From the NCBI GenBank assembly GCA_963745035.1, contig CAVUVW010000014.1:192001-256000 (forward strand): DNA of 64,000 nt, read 5' to 3'. The notes beneath the pieces are model-generated. The model was not told where the DNA came from and ran no database searches. It was given only the letters and a program-made list of their open reading frames with translations. Positions within the stretch are counted from its first letter, which is position 1. Each line of letters opens with the position of its first letter. Shown here piece after piece: positions 20,670-27,785 of this stretch. A program made the position numbers and the translations under genes. Source of the DNA: an uncultured delta proteobacterium (GTDB taxonomy: Bacteria > Desulfobacterota > Binatia > UBA9968).

Positions 20670-21806
20670 ATGGGACACAAAGCGTTTATACCACAAGAGT
20701 ACGATGTGTTTGCGGGCTTGGACGTAGATAAAAGAAGCATCTCGGTGACCTTTAGCAACCATCAGCAAGGATTTGTCCGATCGTTGCACATGCCGTACAG
20801 CGTGGAGCACTTGCTCAAGCACGTACGCAAGCATTATCCCGATCAGAAGGTTGCGTTTGTCTATGAAGCTGGACCGACGGGGTATGGATTGTATGATGGG
20901 CTTTCGGCCCAGGGGTATAACTGCTTGGTGGCGGCACCTTCGATGATCCCTCGAGCTCCCGGGCAAAGAGTCAAAACCAATCGCCTCGACAGCCGAGGGT
21001 TGTCGGAGAGCTTGCGCGGTGGACAGTTGAAGAGCATTCACGTGCCTTCGCCCATTTATCGAGAGCTTCGCCATCTCACCCAGCTGCGCGACACCTTGGT
21101 CAGTGAAGTGGCGGGGATGAAGCAGCGGATTCAATCGCTGTTGCTGTTTGAGGGGATCGCTTTCCCAGCGGCTCCCGCTGGGAGCCGCTGGTCTTTGAAA
21201 GTGAAGAGCCAACTGAGGAAACTTCAGTGCTCTAAGAGCATGCGCTTTAAACTCGATCAGTTGCTCGACAACGTGGAGTTTTCTGAGAAGCAGGTCGTGA
21301 AAGTGACCAAAGAGATTCGCAAGCTCTGTCAGAACGATCCTGAACTGGCGCAGTGCATGAAGTATATGATGAGCGTTTGTGGCATCGGCTGGATTGTGGC
21401 CAGTCAGCTCCTGGCTCGTATCGGTGATTGGCGGGAACTTAAAAACGTGCGTCAGCTGGCAGGGTTTTTGGGGCTGGTTCCGAGTGAGGACTCTACGGGA
21501 GAGAAAACCGATCGAGGCTCGATCACCCGCACGGGACATGGCCGCCTGAGGAGTAAACTCATCCAAGCGGCCTGGTCGGCGATTCGCCAAGATGGTGAAC
21601 TTCGGGAGTTTTACAGTTCGGTATGCCGCAGACACCCGCGGCATATGGGTCCGCGAGTCGCCATCGTCGCCGTGGCGCGCAAGCTCAGCACCCGGATTGC
21701 TGCGGTGTTGATGGAACAACGGCCCTATGTGATGAGACAAAAAGTTCATTCAGCTCCTTTGACCCAAGAGGAGACATCGCCCCAGGGAACGGCTCGACGA
21801 CTTTGA
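20670..21806 (+). CDS. IS110-family transposase (RuvC-like DEDD domain plus Tnp20 domain), 378 aa
   Basis: AGLDVDK, YEAGPTG, KTNRLD, CGIG, GLVPSEDSTG, GSITRTG, AIVAVARKL; SD AAGGAGG. Confidence 0.96.
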   Translation: MGHKAFIPQEYDVFAGLDVDKRSISVTFSNHQQGFVRSLHMPYSVEHLLKHVRKHYPDQKVAFVYEAGPTGYGLYDGLSAQGYNCLVAAPSMIPRAPGQRVKTNRLDSRGLSESLRGGQLKSIHVPSPIYRELRHLTQLRDTLVSEVAGMKQRIQSLLLFEGIAFPAAPAGSRWSLKVKSQLRKLQCSKSMRFKLDQLLDNVEFSEKQVVKVTKEIRKLCQNDPELAQCMKYMMSVCGIGWIVASQLLARIGDWRELKNVRQLAGFLGLVPSEDSTGEKTDRGSITRTGHGRLRSKLIQAAWSAIRQDGELREFYSSVCRRHPRHMGPRVAIVAVARKLSTRIAAVLMEQRPYVMRQKVHSAPLTQEETSPQGTARRL

Positions 21807-21990
21807 GAACCGGGAGAAACAAACTCCTGACGGTTCGATCCTTGAGACAGAGATCCCGGGGCTTTGTGCCTTAGAGAGGGGCGCATTTTAAGTCAGTGTG
21901 ACGGCCGGGTGCCGTGCCACGCATAGCAGCAAGTCTCTCTTGGCCGGGAAAGAAGAAGGGATAAACTAAGAGCATTCGCGGTGTAGCGAC
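21807..21990 (+). ncRNA. Putative bridge/seek RNA in the right end of IS copy 2
   Basis: Donor guides CATAGCAG 21922-21929 and CAAGTCT 21930-21936; target-like GTTCGATCCTTGAG 21833-21846; several hairpins; boundaries approximate. Confidence 0.78.
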
Positions 21991-21996
21991 TTGACA
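21991..21996 (+). promoter_or_regulatory. -35 half of the circle-junction promoter (-10 TATGAT at 20587-20592; copy 1: 2100-2105 and 699-704)
   Basis: Joined ends read TTGACA-TCCACATAGCAGACTTG (17 nt)-TATGAT. Confidence 0.85.
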
Positions 21997-22126
21997 TCCA
22001 CATAGCAGCGAAGTCGAAGGATTCGCTCCGCTCAAACGTTTTGAACGGCTTGAACGCAGGCGCCGCGCCGGTTGAACGGAGTGACCGAAGGGAACGATTG
22101 AACGATGACTGCCGGCCGGCATTCCC

Positions 22127-22156
22127 TTGACACCTCCGTCAGGCGCACCCTATGAT
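22127..22156 (+). promoter_or_regulatory. Putative sigma70 promoter of the TctC-like gene
   Basis: TTGACA-18 nt-TATGAT. Confidence 0.6.
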
Positions 22157-22196
22157 CCGCGGGTGTTTCCGTTCTAATCGTAGGACCGGAGGGCCG

Positions 22197-23225
22197 ATGA
22201 AACGCTTCGCGTGCGTGCTATTATTTTTGCTGGCATCGACTAGCAATCTCCAAGCTCAGACCCCGTTCTATCAAGGCAAAACTATCCGGATCATCGTCGG
22301 CAATCTCGCCGGTGACGCCTACGATCTTTGGGCGCGAATCTTCGCGCAGCACATGGGCAAATACATCCCGGGAAATCCCACCTTCATCGTGCAGAACATG
22401 ACCGGAGCGGGAGGAGTGGTCGCGGCCAATTACGTTTATTCCGTGGCGAAGCCCGATGGGCTGACGCTGGGCACTTTCGGACCGTCGATGTACTTCGACC
22501 AACTGGCCAGGCGTCCCGAAGTGAAGTTCGACTGGGCGAAATTCACCTGGATCGGCACGCCGGAACAGACGGAATTTATCTTGATCATGCGGACCGATAC
22601 GCCGTACCAATCGATCGAGGACGTGCGCAAGGCCGCGCAGCCGCCGAAATGCGGCGCCACCGGCACGAGCACTTCCGGTTACTACATGCCGAAGTTTCTG
22701 GACGATGGGCTGGGGATCAAGTTCAACATCGTCACCGGGTATCCCGGCGGCGGCGAGATCGATCTCGGCATCGAGCGCGGCGAGCTGCAGTGCCGCAATC
22801 TGACGATCAGCACCTACTTCGCGCGCGAGCCTTTTCTAACCTGGCACAAGAAAGGTTTTGTCCGGCCGATCCTGCAAACGGCGAAGAAAAGAGATCCGCT
22901 CGTTTCCGACGTGCCCTCCATCTATGAGCTCATGGACCAACTCAAAACGCCTGAGGCGACGCGGCGAGTAGCGACCGTCTTGCTCGCGCCCGCGGTTTTC
23001 GGCCGGCCCATGGTGGCGACGCCGGGCGTGCCGCCGGACCGCGTGAAAATGCTGCGTGATGCCTATCACCGCTCGCTCAAAGACCCCGCGCTGCTCGAAG
23101 ACTTGAAGAAGCGGCGTTGGTCGGTGGACGCGATCAGCGGCGAGGAGCTGGCGAAGCTCGCGAAAGAAGTGGTGACCCAGCCGCCCGATGTCGTCGAGCG
23201 GATGATGAAACTCTTGGGTAACTAA
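22197..23225 (+). CDS. Tripartite tricarboxylate transporter substrate-binding protein (TctC/Bug family)
   Basis: FYQGKTIRIIVG, IPGNPTFIVQNMTGAGG, AKPDGLTLG, VTGYPG. Confidence 0.88.
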   Translation: MKRFACVLLFLLASTSNLQAQTPFYQGKTIRIIVGNLAGDAYDLWARIFAQHMGKYIPGNPTFIVQNMTGAGGVVAANYVYSVAKPDGLTLGTFGPSMYFDQLARRPEVKFDWAKFTWIGTPEQTEFILIMRTDTPYQSIEDVRKAAQPPKCGATGTSTSGYYMPKFLDDGLGIKFNIVTGYPGGGEIDLGIERGELQCRNLTISTYFAREPFLTWHKKGFVRPILQTAKKRDPLVSDVPSIYELMDQLKTPEATRRVATVLLAPAVFGRPMVATPGVPPDRVKMLRDAYHRSLKDPALLEDLKKRRWSVDAISGEELAKLAKEVVTQPPDVVERMMKLLGN

Positions 23226-23231
23226 GCTGAG

Positions 23232-23272
23232 CGTTCAAGTCGTTCAACCGCTGCTCTCCGTTCCAACCGTTT
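23232..23272. repeat. GTTCAA-family repeat, short form
   Basis: CGTTCAAGTCGTTCAACCGCTGCTCTCCGTTCCAACCGTTT. Confidence 0.75.
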
Positions 23273-23289
23273 CGATAACGAGATTGCCA

Positions 23290-23574
23290 ATGAAATCGGA
23301 TGTCGAAAAAACTATTGAAGCCAGAGTAGCCGCTGCGTTCGAAGATATTCTCGCCGAGACTGGCGCTAACGCCAGGGATGAAATTCTGCGGGCCGCTCGC
23401 GACATGGTAAAGACCGTATGGACGGGTAAGATTTATGCCGCCTTGCCGAAGGATAAGACCACGATTCCTGAATACTTCCTCGACGCGGAACTCGAGCAGT
23501 TGCTAAACGAAGCCATCGAAGAATGTTATGCGCGGATATGCTCGATAGCAGAGCGGGCAAAAGAGCAATTGTAG
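23290..23574 (+). CDS. Hypothetical helical protein
   Basis: 94-aa ORF filling the intergenic space; no family recognised. Confidence 0.5.
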   Translation: MKSDVEKTIEARVAAAFEDILAETGANARDEILRAARDMVKTVWTGKIYAALPKDKTTIPEYFLDAELEQLLNEAIEECYARICSIAERAKEQL

Positions 23575-23652
23575 CGATCCGCTACTGCCCTCCTTGAATT
23601 CGGAAGAAGTCCCGCTCCCGTCTCAGACTCGTTTTTCAACGGCTCAAGACTT

Positions 23653-24714
23653 TCATTGTTGCGCCATCTTCTTCACGATCTCGCGCGTTGGGCCTGTGGC
23701 GGCGCGAAAAACCGCGGCGTTGACGCGCTCCGCTTCTTCGCCGACAAAGGTCAGCGGCTGGAATTGCAGCATGCGTTCCGCCTCGGCTTTGAAGTCCGGG
23801 TCGGCGAAAGTGGCGGCGAATGCTTTTCGCATGATTTGCAGCAAGTCGTTGGGCGTTTTCGGCGGTGCAGTGATGAAGCGCAGCATGGTGCGCGAGCCGC
23901 CGGAGATCTTGTAAGCGTCGGCCAAAGGTCCGGACGGATCGCTGCCTTTCACCTTCCGGTAGAACTCGGGGAAAGACGGCAGCTCGGATCGAGTATCGCG
24001 CACCGTGCCGCCCTCGGGTCCGAGCAGGCCTTCCTGATAAAGCGGCACCACCGTGCCTTCGCGGACCATCAATGTGCCGCCCGTATTGTAGCCGGTCAAA
24101 CTTTCGGAGGTGACGTTGATCTCGCCGCGCTGCACGGCCACGCGAAGCTCGGCGACGCCCGCGTAACCCGTGACGTATCGGTAAGGAACGCCCAGGAGAT
24201 CGAACGCGAGACGCAGCGCCAGGTCTTTGTTGTTCTCGCGCGTGAAGCCGCCGACGATGATCGGCTTCGCCGGCTTTAGTATATCCGCCGCGTTTTTCAC
24301 CTCGGTATCCGTGCGCACATAGACAATCGAGGTCTCGGCGGCGCCGGCGATGATCGGCATCTTGTTCAGATCGTAGCGCACGCCCGAGCCGCCGAGGATT
24401 TGCGGCAAGTACATGCCGGAGAAAACACCGATGGTGAGCCCGTCGGGTTTGGCGATCTCGTAAACGTAGTTGGCGCCGATGATGCCGCCGGCGCCGGACA
24501 TGTTTTGCACCACGACCGCCGGGTTGCCGGCAACATGCTTGGGAAAGTAGCGGGCGATAAGCCTGCCGAATACATCCGTGGGACCGCCGGCCGAGAAGTT
24601 TATGAGAAAGCGTACAGTCTTGCCCTTGTAGTAGGGCTCTTGAGCATCGCTGCTTGTAAAGTGGCCCTGGAGCAGAAAGATGAGCAACCCGACGGCAAGA
24701 ACTCGTTTGTTCAT
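23653..24714 (-). CDS. Tripartite tricarboxylate transporter substrate-binding protein (TctC/Bug family)
   Basis: YYKGKTVR, AGGPTD, GNPAVVVQNMSGAGG, AKPDGLTIG. Confidence 0.88.
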   Translation of the reverse strand: MNKRVLAVGLLIFLLQGHFTSSDAQEPYYKGKTVRFLINFSAGGPTDVFGRLIARYFPKHVAGNPAVVVQNMSGAGGIIGANYVYEIAKPDGLTIGVFSGMYLPQILGGSGVRYDLNKMPIIAGAAETSIVYVRTDTEVKNAADILKPAKPIIVGGFTRENNKDLALRLAFDLLGVPYRYVTGYAGVAELRVAVQRGEINVTSESLTGYNTGGTLMVREGTVVPLYQEGLLGPEGGTVRDTRSELPSFPEFYRKVKGSDPSGPLADAYKISGGSRTMLRFITAPPKTPNDLLQIMRKAFAATFADPDFKAEAERMLQFQPLTFVGEEAERVNAAVFRAATGPTREIVKKMAQQ

Positions 24715-24795
24715 GGCTTGCTCCTGGTTCGCACGCGACAAAGTGAGGCGGATACTATCGCCCGGCACGTCGGGAGGTCAAGGAACACTTCAAGA

Positions 24796-24988
24796 GTTCA
24801 AATCGTTCAATCCGTTCAACCGCTGCGCTCCGTTCAAAACGTTCAAATCAATGCAGGCGTCATGCAGGAGCCAAAAAGGCACCAGTCCGGAAACGCGTTC
24901 AAAAACGTTTTGCACGGCTTGAACGCAGGTCCTGAGGAAACTCGAAGGACGCCGATTGAACGGAGTGACCGAAGAGAACGGTTGAACG
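24796..24988. repeat. GTTCAA/TTGAAC repeat, long form, containing an unoccupied IS-target-like site
   Basis: GTTCAACCGCTGCGCTCCGTTCAAAACGTT left arm, TTGAACGGAGTGACCGAAGAGAACGGTTGAACG right arm; GTCCTG-AG-GAAACTCGAAGGAC at 24929-24950. Confidence 0.85.
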
Positions 24989-25079
24989 CCGAATCCCACT
25001 GGGCAGTCACAGCTATTTCCAATCGGAACAAGAAGATATAAATGGTCGAAGACAGATGCCTGAGAGGAGAAACGGATCA

Positions 25080-26240
25080 GTGAAGCGCAGCACTCAAAGA
25101 ATTCTCACCACTCACGTCGGGAGCTTGCCCCGTCCCGCTGATATTTTGGAAATGAACGATGCTAGAGCGAACAGCCGCGCCGTCGATCACGCGACGTGGA
25201 GCGTGCGGGTGAAGAGCGCGATCGCGGAAGTCGTGCGGCTGCAGCGCGAGGCCGGCGTGGACATCGTCAACGACGGCGAGCTTTCCAAGTCGAGCTGGTC
25301 GAGCTACGTCAACGAGCGTCTCGGTGGATTTGCCGAGAGCGTCTCCCGGGGGCAAGGCTCCTTGGCGAAGGGCCGGGATAAGAAAGCCTTTCAAGAATTC
25401 TACGACGAGTACGACCGAATCCAACCTTTCAGAACCGTCAACGGCTCGCGCTGGACCGATTTGGTTTGTAACGCGCCGGTCGCGTACACGGGCCAGGCTG
25501 CGGTACAGATGGACATAGATAACCTGAAGGCGGCCTGTGCCTCCGCGGAAACGGACGAGGCGTTCATCACCGCCGTCGCCCCCGGCTCGATCATTACCAG
25601 GCGGATCAATCGATATTATCCGAACGACGAAGCCTTCCTTTTCGCCATTGCCGACGCGATGAAAACAGAGTACCAGGCCATCGTCGACGCCGGCTTCCTG
25701 CTGCAGATCGACGATCCGCAGCTTGTGACGCGCTACGACGCGGAAGATCCTCCGCCCGATGCCGAACAGTACCGCAGGCTCGCCGCAGTGCGTGTCGCGG
25801 CGCTCAACCATGCGCTGGCGGATATTCCACAGGACCGCGTGCGCTACCATATCTGCTGGGGCGGCTGGCACGGGCCGCACACGACGGACCTGCCGCTAAG
25901 AGATATCGTTGGCCTGCTGCTCGAGATCCGCGCCGGCGCCTATTTGATCGAGGCGGCCAACGCGCGCCACGAGCACGAGTGGCGCGTGTGGGAAAAAATA
26001 AAACTTCCGCCGGGCAAGATTCTCATCCCCGGCGTCGTCAGCCACGCCACCAACGTCGTCGAGCATCCCGAATTGGTAGCCGAGCGCATCCTGCGCTTTG
26101 CCAACTTGGTCGGCCGCGAGAACGTCATCGCCGGCACCGACTGCGGCCTCGGCGGACGACTCCATCGCCAGCTTGTCTGGGCGAAGCTCAAGTCACTATC
26201 GGAAGGCGCGCGCCTGGCGAGCCGGCAACTCTGGAGCTGA
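25080..26240 (+). CDS. Cobalamin-independent methionine synthase II family protein
   Basis: TTHVGSLPRP, VNDGE, LQIDDP, HICWG, EAANARHEHEW, GTDCG. Confidence 0.88.
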   Translation: MKRSTQRILTTHVGSLPRPADILEMNDARANSRAVDHATWSVRVKSAIAEVVRLQREAGVDIVNDGELSKSSWSSYVNERLGGFAESVSRGQGSLAKGRDKKAFQEFYDEYDRIQPFRTVNGSRWTDLVCNAPVAYTGQAAVQMDIDNLKAACASAETDEAFITAVAPGSIITRRINRYYPNDEAFLFAIADAMKTEYQAIVDAGFLLQIDDPQLVTRYDAEDPPPDAEQYRRLAAVRVAALNHALADIPQDRVRYHICWGGWHGPHTTDLPLRDIVGLLLEIRAGAYLIEAANARHEHEWRVWEKIKLPPGKILIPGVVSHATNVVEHPELVAERILRFANLVGRENVIAGTDCGLGGRLHRQLVWAKLKSLSEGARLASRQLWS

Positions 26241-26255
26241 GCAATGGAAATGCTT

Positions 26256-26307
26256 CGTTCAAACCGTTCAAGCCGTTCAACCGCTGCGCTCCGTTCAAAA
26301 CGTTTAA
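26256..26307. repeat. GTTCAA-family repeat, short form
   Basis: CGTTCAAACCGTTCAAGCCGTTCAACCGCTGCGCTCCGTTCAAAACGTTTAA. Confidence 0.8.
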
Positions 26308-26506
26308 GCAGAGACGCTTCCAAATGCGGCTTCGCCGCTCTAATGCAAAACCGAGATCGGAATATTTCGGGCAAGGACCGCAAGAAGCGCCAGATGTCAT
26401 TTCGACAACGGGAGAAATCTTCATAGTCTTCTGCCCTCGGGTTAAAGGCGCCTTGGACGAGAATAATAGTCTTGGTGCGACAATCCGATTGCTAACGAGG
26501 TCTGGA

Positions 26507-27505
26507 ATGACTTGTCGACGATGCTTCTTCGCTTTCGCTATTTTTGTCATGATCGGTACATCCGATCTGCACGCGCAAGGACCGCAGAGGATTCTCTTTC
26601 CTTATTCCGTGGTCAATTACAGCAGTTTGCCGTGGATGATCGCCAAGGATGCCGGGCTTTTTCGCAAGCACGACCTCGATGTTGATCTTATCTTCATGGG
26701 ATCGTCGGCGCTGATCATTCAGTCGATGCTTTCCGGCTCGGTGCCGGTCGCCGGCGTGGCGGGTCCGGCGATCATCTCCAGCGTCGTGAGCGGCGGCGAT
26801 GTGGTCACGGTCGCCAACCTCGCTCCGCTCACCATCGCGCTGATGGTGAAGCCGTCCATCGAAAAGCCGGAGGATCTGCGCGGCAAAAAGATCGGCGTGC
26901 CGCGGTTGGGCGCGGTCGCGCACTTCGCGATTCGCATGATTCTCGATCGCCACGGCATCAAAGATGCCACGATCCTGCAAATGGGCAGCCAGCCCGAAGC
27001 CGCCGCCGGCATGCGCCGCGACGCCATCGACGGCGCAATGATCTCGCTGCCATTGAACTACGTGCTGGCCAAGGAAGGTTATCGCCAGCTCGTTGGCCCT
27101 GAAGATTACCGAAAGCTGGGCATCCAGTTTATTTCCCAGGGCATCTCCGCGCGGAAATCGTACATCGCCAAGAATCGCGACGTGGTGTTGCGGCTGATGA
27201 AGGCGACCATGGAAGGATTGAAACTGATGGCGGCCCAGGAAAGCCAGGCAAAAAAGATTCTTGCCAAGTACACGCGGCAAACCGATCCCGAGTCCCTCGA
27301 CCGCGCCTATCGCTTCGGCCTCGAGACCCTCAACAAAGATCCGACGATCCCGCGCGAAGCGATCGTCTCCATGGTGCGTCTCATGGCCGACCTCGGCCTC
27401 GTCGATCGCGCAGCGGCAACCAACACCGCGCCCGAAGCGTTCTACGACAACAGCTTCGCCGATGAAATGAGGCGTACGGGGTTTTTGGCCGGACTATGGA
27501 AATAG
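26507..27505 (+). CDS. ABC substrate-binding protein (SsuA/NMT1-like)
   Basis: Signal peptide from MTCRR; GLFRKHDLDV, DLRGKKIGV. Confidence 0.85.
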   Translation: MTCRRCFFAFAIFVMIGTSDLHAQGPQRILFPYSVVNYSSLPWMIAKDAGLFRKHDLDVDLIFMGSSALIIQSMLSGSVPVAGVAGPAIISSVVSGGDVVTVANLAPLTIALMVKPSIEKPEDLRGKKIGVPRLGAVAHFAIRMILDRHGIKDATILQMGSQPEAAAGMRRDAIDGAMISLPLNYVLAKEGYRQLVGPEDYRKLGIQFISQGISARKSYIAKNRDVVLRLMKATMEGLKLMAAQESQAKKILAKYTRQTDPESLDRAYRFGLETLNKDPTIPREAIVSMVRLMADLGLVDRAAATNTAPEAFYDNSFADEMRRTGFLAGLWK

Positions 27506-27785
27506 CGGAAGTGAGGCGAATCCTCCATGAGCCGGTCATTGAATTCGACTATGACCATCAGGGCAGGATCCACGAGATAAAATTGCCGGACGAACGGATT
27601 ATACTAGGTTCGAATACAAGTAGCGACCGCGCTGACCCAAGACGAGTAATCCATCCATCATAGGGAACCTGCCGCGACGCTGTTGACCAAATTACGATAT
27701 CGGATCTAACTGAGCGACGTTCGACGTCGATCCTAAAGCCACGCCAGCCTTTCTTGAGCGTACGGTTTCGTGTTAGACGAAGGAC

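Larger units (their letters stand above)
20580..22008 (+). mobile_element. IS110-family (IS1111-type) insertion sequence, copy 2 (intact)
   Basis: Bounded by AG at 20580-20581 and 22007-22008; subterminal inverted repeats; intact transposase; ~200 nt 3' non-coding end. Confidence 0.97.
20509..22104. repeat. Composite GTTCAA/TTGAAC repeat interrupted by IS copy 2 (arms 20509-20581 and 22007-22104)
   Basis: Removing the IS restores a sequence colinear with 19273-19432. Confidence 0.88.

Noticed and set aside
20529-21749. 406-aa antisense ORF over the IS transposase
   Set aside because: Shadow frame of a well-supported gene; no recognisable motif and it ends outside the element.
19273-26307. 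GTTCAA repeats as a CRISPR array or integron attC sites
   Set aside because: No constant repeat-spacer period, no cas or integrase gene, variable lengths and mixed gene orientation.
25979-26506. Long N-terminal extension of the 508-aa ORF
   Set aside because: Runs through the upstream gene and a repeat; the signal peptide begins at 26507.
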